The position numbers were made by a program, and so were the translations under genes. 64,000 bases of DNA from Phycisphaerales bacterium (GTDB lineage: Bacteria > Planctomycetota > Phycisphaerae > Phycisphaerales > UBA1924). Each line of letters opens with the position of its first letter. The stretch's first letter is position 1. The stretch spans positions 1,248,001-1,312,000 of the forward strand of contig OZ245777.1 of NCBI GenBank assembly GCA_965227775.1, given 5' to 3'. Shown in pieces: positions 50,095 through 59,745 of this stretch. Below the pieces are notes generated by a model. The model saw only the letters and a program-made list of their open reading frames with translations, searched no databases and had not been told where the DNA came from.

Positions 50095-50724
50095 CTACAC
50101 CTTCACAACGCGGCCCGAGGCAGCTTCCAGGCGCAGGTATAGGTCCCGGGCTTCCCCTGCCGAGCAGCACCTGGAAAGCAGATCGGCCGAGTCGGCGGTG
50201 GTCGACTTGGGAGGCACAACGCCTCGCTCGATGAGCGCGCCCAGAAGGCGGCCATCGACCGGCACGCGCTGTTCGCCAAAAGCGAGCAGCAGCACGCGAT
50301 CGACGGCAAATGCGGGCAGCGCGTCGATGCCCTCCAGGTATGGTGCGCCCTCGTGGGCGCCGGCGCGGGCGACGCGATCGATGCTCACCGCGTCCTCCCG
50401 ATCGAACACGGCGTTGAGCGTGTCGAGGATCGCCCGGGCCCGCCGCGTGGCGTGCTCGTCGGTCATGCCCACCGTGTCCTCGACCTCTTCCTCGAGCGCC
50501 ACGCGGATCTCGTTGAGATCGACGAACTGGTCGGCCAGCCGGCGGGCGGCGCTCACGGCCGACGGCACGCCAGCCTCCCACGCGAGCAACGAGAACACGA
50601 GCTCTGCCGTCGCCATGTCGGTCGAACCCGGCAACAACGCCGCAGCGTCGGGCGCGGGCGGCAGCGGCACGCCGTCCAGCCACGACTCGAGCCGACGCTG
50701 CGTCTCGGCAACGGGGTGGTTCAT
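50095..50724 (-). CDS. Hypothetical protein resembling a degenerate HhH-GPD/endonuclease III-like fold
   Basis: FVDLNEIRV and VPVD motifs; no 4Fe-4S Cys cluster; ATGA overlap with rbfA. Confidence 0.6.
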   Translation of the reverse strand: MNHPVAETQRRLESWLDGVPLPPAPDAAALLPGSTDMATAELVFSLLAWEAGVPSAVSAARRLADQFVDLNEIRVALEEEVEDTVGMTDEHATRRARAILDTLNAVFDREDAVSIDRVARAGAHEGAPYLEGIDALPAFAVDRVLLLAFGEQRVPVDGRLLGALIERGVVPPKSTTADSADLLSRCCSAGEARDLYLRLEAASGRVVKV

Positions 50725-51137
50725 GGATTCGTGTCCGTGGCTTCGGGCGCGTCGGCCGCCGAGCCGCCCTCAGGCTCGCTCTCGGCCTTGTCGTCGAACT
50801 CCTCGCGCACCTTCGCCAGCGTCGAGAGCACCTCGGCCTGCTTCTTTAGGCTGGAATCCTCGACGAAGCGTAACTCGGGCATCGTCCGCGTCCGGATGAG
50901 CTCGGCGACTTCGCGGCGGATGTGTCGCGCCGCGCTCTGCAACCCATGCACCGTGAGTTTCTGGTGCTCGACGGGCAGCACGCTGATGCCGATGGTCGCC
51001 TGCTTGCTGTCGGGCGTGACATCGACCCTGGTAACGGTGATAAGCCCGCGGACGCGAGGGTCCTGCAGCCCGCGTGCGAGAACCTGCTGCACGCCCTTCT
51101 CAAGCGAGGATGCTAGGCGATCGATCTTGGTGCTCAT
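50721..51137 (-). CDS. rbfA: Ribosome-binding factor A
   Basis: LQDPR, ITVTRVDVTPD, LQSAARHIR, RTMPELRFVED; downstream of infB. Confidence 0.92.
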   Translation of the reverse strand: MSTKIDRLASSLEKGVQQVLARGLQDPRVRGLITVTRVDVTPDSKQATIGISVLPVEHQKLTVHGLQSAARHIRREVAELIRTRTMPELRFVEDSSLKKQAEVLSTLAKVREEFDDKAESEPEGGSAADAPEATDTNP

Positions 51138-51529
51138 GCCGTCTCGCCCCCCTCGTGCGCGTTGCTGTGGGTGAAGTGCTCGAGCATCTCCTGCCCCAGC
51201 GACTCCGCATCGGGCTCATGCGGGGGCGCGTCCTCCTCACGCGTGGGCTCCACGATCTCGCGTCGCACGCTGCCGATCTGCCCGTCGCGGAGTTCTTTGA
51301 GGCGGTTCCACGCCTTGTCGAGCAGCTCGTGGGCACGGGGGCCGTCGGTGGCAACGATCGCGGCACCCATCATGGCAACGGTCGGGTTGTCGTGGGCGCC
51401 GACCTCGGCCACGCTGATGCGCAGCTCTCGGCTGAGCTTGTCGCGCACGCTGCGCACAACGGCGCGCTTGTCCTTGAGGGACTCGGCGCCGGGCACGAGC
51501 AACTCGAACTGGAGGACCCCGATCACCAT
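51134..51529 (-). CDS. DUF503 (YlxP) family protein
   Basis: MVIGVL, SLKDKRAVV, SVAEV; located between infB and rbfA. Confidence 0.88.
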   Translation of the reverse strand: MVIGVLQFELLVPGAESLKDKRAVVRSVRDKLSRELRISVAEVGAHDNPTVAMMGAAIVATDGPRAHELLDKAWNRLKELRDGQIGSVRREIVEPTREEDAPPHEPDAESLGQEMLEHFTHSNAHEGGETA

Positions 51530-51549
51530 GACTTACGCCGCCAACCCGA

Positions 51550-54387
51550 TCACAGCGTCCGCTTTACCTCGACCTGCTTGTAGCACTCGAGGATGTCGCC
51601 TTCCTTGATATCGTCGTAGCCGTCGATCTTCATGCCGCACTCCATGTTCGCGCGAACTTCCTTCGCGTCGTCTTTGAAGCGCTTGAGCTGGCTGAGCTTG
51701 CGATCGTTCTCGATGACGATGTCGCCGCGGGTAACGCGGATAAGCGCGTCTCGCTGCACCACGCCGTCAGTGACGTAGCAGCCAGCGATCGTGCCGACCT
51801 TCGACACCTTGAACACCGCACGCACCTCGGCGTGGCCCAGGACCTCCTGGCGAAGCTCGGGGTCGAGCATGCCCTCGGCGGCCTTCTGCATGTCCTCGGT
51901 GATGTGGTAGATGACGTCGTACGTGCGGATCTGCACGCCCTTGCTCTCGGCGAGCTTGCGTGCCTTGCCCGAGGGGATGACGTTGAAGCCGACGATGACG
52001 GCCTTGGACGCCTCGGCCAGCAGCACGTCGCTCTCGGTCACGCCGCCGACGGCAGCGTGGATGACGCGGACCTTGATCTCGTCGGTCGAGACCTTCTCGA
52101 TCTCATTCTTGAGCACGTCCACCGAACCCTGCACGTCGGCCTTCAGGACGACGAGGATCTCCTTGAGTTCCGCCTCGGCCATCTGGCTGAACATGCGGTC
52201 GAGCGTCATGGCCGGCTGGGCCAGTTGCTCCTCGCGCTCGCGAGAGCGGCGCTGCTCGGCGGCATTCTGGGCGTCCTTCAGGCTGCTGGCCACGAAGAAT
52301 TTGTCGCCCGCGTCAGGCAGCTCATCGATGCCCGTCACCTGCAGCGGCATGGGCGGGTAGGCCTCGCGGATGCGCTGGCCCTTGTCGTCGGTCATGTCGC
52401 GGACGCGGCCGAACGCGCGGCCCGCGACGATGAAGTCGCCAACCTTGAGCGCCCCCTCTTGCAGTAGCACGTTCATGACGGCGCCGCGGCCGGGCTCCAT
52501 CTGGCTCTCGATGACCGTGCCGCGGGCGTTGCCGCCGAAGTCGCTCTTGAGCTCCAGCAGCTGCGCCTGGAAGTCGAGCGTCTCGAGCAGTTCCTGGATG
52601 CCTTGGCCCGTGTGCGCACTGGTGCGGATGACCTCGATGTCGCCGCCCCAGTCCACCGGGTTGAGCTCGTGCTGGGCGAGCTGGCCCAGGATCTCCTGGA
52701 TCTTCGCGTCGGTCGCCTGTGGGCGATCGATCTTGTTGAGCGCCACGACGATCGGCACGCCCGCCGCCTTGGCGTGGTTGATCGACTCGATGGTCTGGGG
52801 CATCACGCCGTCGTCTGCGGCGACCACCAACACGACGATGTCGGTCACGTTCGCACCGCGCGAACGCATGGACGTGAACGCCTCGTGGCCAGGAGTATCG
52901 ATGAAGACGACCTGCTTCTCCTCGCGGTCGGTGTCGTCGCCCACGTGCACGGGCACGCGGAAGGCGCTGGTGGCCTGCGTGATGCCGCCGGCCTCGCCCG
53001 CCGCGACGTTCGCGTCACGGATTTTGTCCAGTAGGCTGGTCTTGCCGTGGTCAACGTGTCCCAGGATTGTGACGATCGGGCCGCGCGAGCGCTCGTCGAC
53101 GGTCGTGCGCTCCTCGAACTGAGCGGCGACGGCCTCTTCGGCGCTCTTGGCCTCGGCGACTTCGAGCTCGATGTCGAAGTCCATCATGATTTCCTGGGCC
53201 TTCTCGACCTCGATGCCGCTGTTGATCTGGGCCATGATGCCCTGCATGAACAGCTTCTTGACGATCTCGGCACCCTTCACGCCGGTCGCGGCCGAAAGGT
53301 CCTTGATCGTGAACGGCGCGGTGATCTTGACCGTGCCGCCCTGCTGGGCCGGGCTCTGCTGGCGTGCCTGCTGGCCCGCACCACGCGCCAGGTCCTGGCG
53401 GCGCTTGCGCAGGTAGCCGCCGGCCTGCTGTAGCTTGGCCTCACGCTCGATGAGGTCCTGCTCGCGCCACATGCCGCTGCCGCCCTGCTGGGGCTCGTTT
53501 CGACCGCGACGCCGCGAGCTGGGCCCGCCACGCCGACCGCCGCCGCCACCGTCCATGGGGGGCATCGGGCCGCCGGGGCCACCCGGGCCGCCGAATCCAC
53601 CGCCACCGCCGCCACGCGGGCCGCCGCGGCCACGAGGGCGCGTATCGACCTGCTCGGGCGCTTCGACGCGGACGATCTTGGGGCCGCTGAGCTTCACCGG
53701 CGTCTTCTCGTGCTGATCGATCATCGGGCCCGCGGGCTTGATGACCGTCGGCCGCGTCGGCACGTTCTGCGGTGCCGGAGTGGGGGGCGCCTTGGGTGCC
53801 TCGGCCGCAGCCTTCTGGCCGTTGCCCGACGCGTCGTCTCCGGTATCTTCCGCCGCGGGCGCTTCCTCAACTGCTGCGGCCGGGGCTTCCGCCGCGACGG
53901 GCTTCGCCGGCTCGGCGGGCGATTCGGCAACCTTCTCCGGAGCCTTCGGCTCGGGAGCCTCGACCGGGCCTTCCTCGGTCGTGCTCGTTGCACCCTGATC
54001 TTCGCCGCCGTCTTCCGCTGGTGCGGCTGGCGCAGCGCGGCCGGCACGCTTCGGCGGCTCGGCAACGGCCGTGCCCGTGGTGCTCTCGGTCTCGTCGGGC
54101 TTGCTGACCTTGCTCGCCTTGCTGATCTTCTTCGCGGCAACCTTGCGGGCGCGCGGCTTCGCGCGGACCTTCTCTAGGTCGACGCGCTCGGACGTTTCCA
54201 CCGCCGTTGCCGAGGGCGCAGCCTCACCCGCGAACCACTCGCGGATGGTTGCTTCGAGCCCGACCGACACGGTGGACATGTGGTTCTTGATATTCGACTC
54301 GGGAATGCCTTCGTCGCGGCACTTCTGCACCACGGCCTTCGAGGCTACCCCGAGTTCCTTCGCGATCTCGAACACACGCTTTGCCAA
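51550..54387 (-). CDS. infB: Translation initiation factor IF-2
   Basis: [52 protein letters not shown] start. Confidence 0.98.
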   Translation of the reverse strand: MAKRVFEIAKELGVASKAVVQKCRDEGIPESNIKNHMSTVSVGLEATIREWFAGEAAPSATAVETSERVDLEKVRAKPRARKVAAKKISKASKVSKPDETESTTGTAVAEPPKRAGRAAPAAPAEDGGEDQGATSTTEEGPVEAPEPKAPEKVAESPAEPAKPVAAEAPAAAVEEAPAAEDTGDDASGNGQKAAAEAPKAPPTPAPQNVPTRPTVIKPAGPMIDQHEKTPVKLSGPKIVRVEAPEQVDTRPRGRGGPRGGGGGGFGGPGGPGGPMPPMDGGGGGRRGGPSSRRRGRNEPQQGGSGMWREQDLIEREAKLQQAGGYLRKRRQDLARGAGQQARQQSPAQQGGTVKITAPFTIKDLSAATGVKGAEIVKKLFMQGIMAQINSGIEVEKAQEIMMDFDIELEVAEAKSAEEAVAAQFEERTTVDERSRGPIVTILGHVDHGKTSLLDKIRDANVAAGEAGGITQATSAFRVPVHVGDDTDREEKQVVFIDTPGHEAFTSMRSRGANVTDIVVLVVAADDGVMPQTIESINHAKAAGVPIVVALNKIDRPQATDAKIQEILGQLAQHELNPVDWGGDIEVIRTSAHTGQGIQELLETLDFQAQLLELKSDFGGNARGTVIESQMEPGRGAVMNVLLQEGALKVGDFIVAGRAFGRVRDMTDDKGQRIREAYPPMPLQVTGIDELPDAGDKFFVASSLKDAQNAAEQRRSREREEQLAQPAMTLDRMFSQMAEAELKEILVVLKADVQGSVDVLKNEIEKVSTDEIKVRVIHAAVGGVTESDVLLAEASKAVIVGFNVIPSGKARKLAESKGVQIRTYDVIYHITEDMQKAAEGMLDPELRQEVLGHAEVRAVFKVSKVGTIAGCYVTDGVVQRDALIRVTRGDIVIENDRKLSQLKRFKDDAKEVRANMECGMKIDGYDDIKEGDILECYKQVEVKRTL

Positions 54388-54457
54388 ACGTCACTCCATG
54401 CGCCCGGGCCCCGCCACACACACCGGCAAGGCCCCACGGACGCGCTGCACCACTGGA

Positions 54458-55924
54458 TCAGCCGCCGAGGATCTCCGCGGCCCGGCTGTCGCCGTTGCTG
54501 TCGTTCCCCTCGCCCCCGGCCTGCGCCGAGTCGCCGCTGTCGGACGACTCGCTCGCACCCTCGGACGAGGCCTCTTCACCACCACTCTCCGATGCTCCAC
54601 CCGCGTCGCTCGAGTCGCCGCCAGCGCCACCCAGGATGGCAGCCGCTGCGCTGTCCGCGTCGGGCGCGCCTTCCGGTCCGAGCAGGTCCTCGCCCGCGGC
54701 GATCCGGGCCTGCTCTTCCTGGCGACGCTTCTCGGCCTCTTCCTTCTCGCGGGCCTGCTCCTCGGCCACGATCTTCGCGCGTTCGCTGGCCAGCTCGACG
54801 GCTTTGGCGGCCACCTCGGGGCTCAGCTCGAGCTCGGTCGCGAGCATGTCCGCACCGATTTCCTCGACGTCGAACACGCTGATCATGCCGAGCGCTGCCA
54901 AGCGATCGACCATCTGCTCGTCGATCTCGTCGACCTGCTGGAGCGTGGTCGACATGATCTCCAAGTTCTTGGTGAACTCCTCGGGCGTGAGGATGTCCAC
55001 GTCCCAGCCGGTGAGTTTGGCCGCCAGGCGCACGTTCTGCCCGCGCTTTCCGATGGCAAGGCTCAGCTGGTCCTCGCGCACCACGACCGTGGCTCGGCCC
55101 AGCTCGAAGCACAGGCTGATCTCGGCAACCTCGGCCGGCTTGAGCGCGTTCTGGATCAGGATCTGGCTGCTCTCGTTCCAGCGAACGATGTCGATCTTCT
55201 CGCCATTGAGCTCGTCGACAATGTTCTTGATGCGGCTGCCACGCACGCCGACGCAAGCGCCCACGGCGTCCACGCGGCTGTCGATCGAGCTAACGGCGAT
55301 CTTGGTGCGCTGGCCCGGCTCGCGGGCCATGGCCTTCACCTCGATGATGCGCTCGGCCACTTCGGGCACCTCGACCTCGAAGAGCCGCTTGATGAAGTCG
55401 GTGTGGCCGCGGCTGAGCACGACGCGTGTGGCCGAGCCATCACGCTTCACGTCCAGAATCATCGCGCGCACGCGGTCGCCCGGGCTGAACTGCTCGCCGG
55501 GGATCTGCTCCTGCCGGGGCATCTCGCCCTCTCCGGCGTCCAGCGATACAACCAAGCGCCCACCGCGCTCGTAGCGCTGCGCGGTGCCGGTGACGATCTG
55601 CCCGACGCGGGTGTGGTAGCGGTCGTACAGGCTGGTCTGCTCGTCCTCGCGGAACTTCTGGATCATGACCTGCTTGAAGGTCTGGGCGGCGATTCGTCCC
55701 AGGTCCTGCGGGTTCAGTTCGACCGGCTCGCCGTGACGCGTCAGGGCGATCTCGCCGCTGAGTTGGTCGACCGAGCAGGCAAACTCTTCAAGATCGAGCG
55801 AGCCGAAGTGCTTGCGCGCCGCGCTCACCATGGCTTGCTCAAGGTCGGCAACCAGCACCGAACGCTCGACCTTCCGGTCGCGTGCGATCGAATCCAGAAT
55901 CCTGAGCATTTCGGGGCCGTTCAA
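54458..55924 (-). CDS. nusA: Transcription termination factor NusA
   Basis: GRIAAQTFKQV, LFEVEVPE, AREPGQRTKIAV, ACVGVRGSRI, AIGKRGQNVRLA; TTG start with GGAGG SD. Confidence 0.97.
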   Translation of the reverse strand: MNGPEMLRILDSIARDRKVERSVLVADLEQAMVSAARKHFGSLDLEEFACSVDQLSGEIALTRHGEPVELNPQDLGRIAAQTFKQVMIQKFREDEQTSLYDRYHTRVGQIVTGTAQRYERGGRLVVSLDAGEGEMPRQEQIPGEQFSPGDRVRAMILDVKRDGSATRVVLSRGHTDFIKRLFEVEVPEVAERIIEVKAMAREPGQRTKIAVSSIDSRVDAVGACVGVRGSRIKNIVDELNGEKIDIVRWNESSQILIQNALKPAEVAEISLCFELGRATVVVREDQLSLAIGKRGQNVRLAAKLTGWDVDILTPEEFTKNLEIMSTTLQQVDEIDEQMVDRLAALGMISVFDVEEIGADMLATELELSPEVAAKAVELASERAKIVAEEQAREKEEAEKRRQEEQARIAAGEDLLGPEGAPDADSAAAAILGGAGGDSSDAGGASESGGEEASSEGASESSDSGDSAQAGGEGNDSNGDSRAAEILGG

Positions 55925-56329
55925 CGTCCGCTTCCTCCGACGCCGCGAGGGGCGTCCTATTCCGTGCTGTCAACTTGTCGAGACCAGATCCAAACCAACG
56001 CGGCACAGCCCGCGGCTCTGCCAACAACAACCCGGGCCACGAGCCGCTGAACGCGCCCATGACCCGGCTACAAGCCGCCCAACGAACGGTCTCCCGCTCG
56101 TCGCTGGCGTGTAGATTGTGCCGAAACCTCACATCATCGGCAGCAACCCTTCCAGGCCCGGGCCATGCCAGCACCAATGCCGACGCCGACAACGGGCGCA
56201 GGCAGGGGTCCGACATGAGTCCCGGCGTGGCTCATAGCAACCCGATGGTAGCGATCGGGGCCAGTGAGAGTCAACCACGCAGACCTCCCAAGCTCCCACC
56301 GGCGGGCGATCAAGGGGGCTCCGCAAGGC

Positions 56330-57343
56330 CTAGATCCGGTCCGTTTTGGTCGCAGCGCGATCGATCCGGAGCGCCCGCTTGTTGCGGTGCTGGCCGATGT
56401 GGGCCAGGAACTTCCGCTCGCCCTCGACGGCCAGCACCATGGGCCGCGTGGCCGGGGTCTCGGTCATGATCAGATCGCCTGCGGCCATGGTCGCCAGGTC
56501 GCGCAGGCTGATGGTCGTGCGGGCCAGCACGCCCGCCACGGAGACGCTGGCCCCGGCGAGCGTGCCGCTGACCGCCCGTTCCATGCTGGCGTACTTGGCC
56601 GACTGGCTCGACGAGAACCAGTTCTGGGCGCTCACGGCCGTGATGACCGGCTCGATGACGTTGTACGGGATGCACAGGCTCATCGTGCCGGCCCGGTTGG
56701 ACATCTTGATCTCGAATCCCACGACGACGACCACCTCGTTCGGCGGCACGATCTGGACCAGCTGGGGGTTGCTCTCGGTGGCCTTGATCTCGAAGGTCAT
56801 CTCTTTGACGCCCGCCCAGGCCTCGCTCAGAGCACCCAGGCCGCGATTCGTGACGTTGCTGATGAGCCGGCTCTCGATGAGCGTCATGGGCCGCTGGGGG
56901 ATGAACAGGTCCTGGCTCGTGCCGCCCAGCAGGCGATCGATGATCGGATAGATGATCAGCGGGCTCAGCTCCATGCAGATCTGGCCCTCGAGCACGCTGC
57001 TCTCGATGAGGTTGAAACTTGTCGGGTTGGGCAGGGCGCTGATGAACTCGCCGTACGTCATTTGTTCGCATGTTGCGAGCTTGACCTCAACGATGGTTCT
57101 GAGAAAGCCCGATAACGAAGCGCCAAAGTTCCGTGCGAATTGCTCGTGCAGCGTCTGCAGGGCCCGCATCTGGTCCTTGCTGACGCGTTCGGGCCGCTTG
57201 AAGTCGTACGTGCGGACCTCGATCTCGTCGAAGTCTCGCAGGTGGCGGCTGAAGATCTGGGCCTGCGGTGGTTCCTTCTCGACCGCGTCGGAGTTCACCG
57301 CGGCAAGCAGGGCATCGACCTCGTTCTGGTCCAGCACGTCCAT
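56330..57343 (-). CDS. fliM: Flagellar motor switch protein FliM
   Basis: VLDQNEVDALL, YDFKRPERVSKDQ, IIDRLLGG, ESNPQLVQI, C-terminal SpoA domain. Confidence 0.95.
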   Translation of the reverse strand: MDVLDQNEVDALLAAVNSDAVEKEPPQAQIFSRHLRDFDEIEVRTYDFKRPERVSKDQMRALQTLHEQFARNFGASLSGFLRTIVEVKLATCEQMTYGEFISALPNPTSFNLIESSVLEGQICMELSPLIIYPIIDRLLGGTSQDLFIPQRPMTLIESRLISNVTNRGLGALSEAWAGVKEMTFEIKATESNPQLVQIVPPNEVVVVVGFEIKMSNRAGTMSLCIPYNVIEPVITAVSAQNWFSSSQSAKYASMERAVSGTLAGASVSVAGVLARTTISLRDLATMAAGDLIMTETPATRPMVLAVEGERKFLAHIGQHRNKRALRIDRAATKTDRI

Positions 57344-57571
57344 GGGGGCTCTCGAGCGAGGTCGAACGACAGACTTGGGGCACCACGGGCCCCTTCGATC
57401 AATCAGCGATCGGTCAGGGATCGGTCCCGCGGCGGGCGAGGCTTGAGGAACGGCCCGCAAGCGACGGGCCAGAATCACCCGCGCCATCCGGGAACATGCC
57501 CGCGCGCCCACGGATTACACTGGGCACGCTCGATCGACCCCTTCCAACGGCCCCGGCCTCGGAGAGCACGA

Positions 57572-59647
57572 ATGCGGCATGCGACGATAATGGGCTTCCT
57601 GGCCCTGCTTCTCGGACTCTTCACGCCGACCGCGGCGGCGCAGCCCATGGGCTTCGGCGACTCGGTCTCGATGTCCGCCTCGGCGTGGTGGTCACCCCGC
57701 CAGGCCGACGAGGGCCCGCTGGTCGCGTTCGTCGCGGTCACGATGGACCACCCGCCCGGGCTGCACAGCTGGCCCAGCGCCGATCAGGACGTGCTGCCCG
57801 AGTCGGTCGCGGCGTTTGCGATCCGCACCGAAGTCTCACTCGCGACGAGCGATGCCGTGCTCGACGCAGGCGAGATCCAATGGCCCGACCCCGAGCCCTA
57901 CCCGGTGCCAGACCCGACCGGCATGGGCGATCCGATCGAGGTGCCGGTCTACTCGGGGCGGGCCGTGGCCTTCATCCCCGTGCTCATCGATCGCGAGGCG
58001 GCGGCCGAAGCCCGGACGCTCGAACTCGTCGTGAGCTACCAGGCCTGCGACGACACCGTGTGCTATCCGCCCGATGACGTGGATGTCTTGGCCAGCCTGC
58101 CGGCCTTTGGCGCAACCGAGGCGCCTGCGGAGGCATCGGACCTCGCTCCAGCCACGATCGATACGGCAATCGCGTTCGCAGTTGCAAGCGCTGCCGGCTC
58201 CGAAACTCCGCCAGCCGCCCAATCCAAGCAGCCCGCTGCAACTGGCGAGCCTGACGCCGCCGAGCAGGCGACTGCTGCGAGTGCGGTCGATACCCGCAAC
58301 AAGTTTCTTGGCTTCATTCCGGTGCCGAGCCCTGACTCTGCCGGCGGCATCGCCGTAATCGTGCTGCTTGGTCTCGTCGGCGGTTTCGTGCTGAACCTGA
58401 CCCCGTGCGTGCTGCCGGTGATCCCCATCAAGGTCATGACCCTCTCGCAGCACGCCGGTTCGCCCGGAAAGACGTTGCTGCTCGGCATCTGGATGGCGCT
58501 GGGCGTCATTGGTTTCTGGATTGCGCTCGGCATCCCTGCCGCGGCGCTCGGCAAGGCCGTGGGCGCCATCTTCGGCATCTGGTGGTTCACGTTCGCCGTT
58601 GGCGTCATCATCGCCGTCATGTCGATCGGCCTCATGGGCTTGTTCACCGTGCAACTGCCCCAGTCGGTGTACAAGGTTAATCCCAAGGCCGACTCGCCCT
58701 GGGGCTCGTTCGTGTTTGGAGTGATGACGGGCGTACTGGGCCTTCCGTGCTTCGGCCTGGTCGCGGGCGCCTTGCTTGCAAGCTCGACGGCCATCCCGCC
58801 GCTCGTCACGATGCTCATCTTCGCGGCGTTGGGTGTTGGCATGGCCTTGCCATACCTGATCCTGTCGCTGAACCCCAAGTGGGTTGAGGTGTTGCCGCGT
58901 ACCGGGCCGGCGAGCGAACTGGTCAAGCAGGTCATGGGCTTGCTGCTGCTTGGTGCGGCGGCGTACTTCGTTGCTACGGGGCTGCAGGCCCTGATTCTCG
59001 ACATGCCGTGGATCGGCCGCCAGTTGCACTGGTGGGCGGCGGCGGTGTTCGTCGCGATCGGCTGCCTGTGGCTCGCTCTCCGCACGATGCAAATCACCAA
59101 GAGTGTGCCGAAGCGCGGCGTGTTCGGCTTGCTCGGCGTGGCCGTTGCGGCCGGTGCCGTCCTCTTCGCGTACGACGTGACGAACAGCGCGAAGGCCGAC
59201 TACCTCGAGCGTGAGGCGCGCATCGCCGAGGCATCGAGCAGCGCCGGCGGCGCCATCCTGACCAGTACCTGGGTTGATTACTCCCCCGAGCTGCTCGCAC
59301 GGGCACGCGAAGAGGGCTACGTCGTCGTCCTCGACTTCACCGCCGACTGGTGCATCAACTGCAAGGCGCTTGAGGAGCAGGTGCTCGGTACCGAGCCGGT
59401 GCGAGCCCGGTTGCGCGACGAGGATGTCGTCATGATGAAGGCCGACCTGACGAGCACGCGGCAGCCCGGTTGGGAACTGATGAAACAACTCAACCAGAAG
59501 GCGCCACCCGTGCTGGCGATCTACGGCCCGGGCATCGAAGGCGACACGCCCTGGCTGGCAAACACATACACCAGCGGCATCGTCATGGAGGCCATTTCGC
59601 TCGGCAAGGGCGACGACTCAGGGCGCGACATCGCCCAAGCCAACTGA
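57572..59647 (+). CDS. dsbD: Thiol:disulfide interchange protein DsbD
   Basis: N-terminal QACDDTVCYPP, TM domain NLTPCVLP and LPC, thioredoxin domain DFTADWCINCK. Confidence 0.9.
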   Translation: MRHATIMGFLALLLGLFTPTAAAQPMGFGDSVSMSASAWWSPRQADEGPLVAFVAVTMDHPPGLHSWPSADQDVLPESVAAFAIRTEVSLATSDAVLDAGEIQWPDPEPYPVPDPTGMGDPIEVPVYSGRAVAFIPVLIDREAAAEARTLELVVSYQACDDTVCYPPDDVDVLASLPAFGATEAPAEASDLAPATIDTAIAFAVASAAGSETPPAAQSKQPAATGEPDAAEQATAASAVDTRNKFLGFIPVPSPDSAGGIAVIVLLGLVGGFVLNLTPCVLPVIPIKVMTLSQHAGSPGKTLLLGIWMALGVIGFWIALGIPAAALGKAVGAIFGIWWFTFAVGVIIAVMSIGLMGLFTVQLPQSVYKVNPKADSPWGSFVFGVMTGVLGLPCFGLVAGALLASSTAIPPLVTMLIFAALGVGMALPYLILSLNPKWVEVLPRTGPASELVKQVMGLLLLGAAAYFVATGLQALILDMPWIGRQLHWWAAAVFVAIGCLWLALRTMQITKSVPKRGVFGLLGVAVAAGAVLFAYDVTNSAKADYLEREARIAEASSSAGGAILTSTWVDYSPELLARAREEGYVVVLDFTADWCINCKALEEQVLGTEPVRARLRDEDVVMMKADLTSTRQPGWELMKQLNQKAPPVLAIYGPGIEGDTPWLANTYTSGIVMEAISLGKGDDSGRDIAQAN

Positions 59648-59684
59648 CGCTCACGTTTGCTCCAGGGGAGGGGCAATACGTACG

Positions 59685-59718
59685 ACGCCCCGCATCGGTG
59701 TGAGCCGATGCGGGGCGT
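59685..59718. terminator. Hairpin between convergent dsbD and peptidase genes
   Basis: 14-bp stem ACGCCCCGCATCGG/CCGATGCGGGGCGT. Confidence 0.7.
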
Positions 59719-59745
59719 GTTCGACTCGGGCTTGAAGCGAAGAGT

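Noticed and set aside
53500..54120. Low-complexity Gly/Pro/Ala repeats
   Set aside because: Ordinary disordered N-terminal region of IF-2
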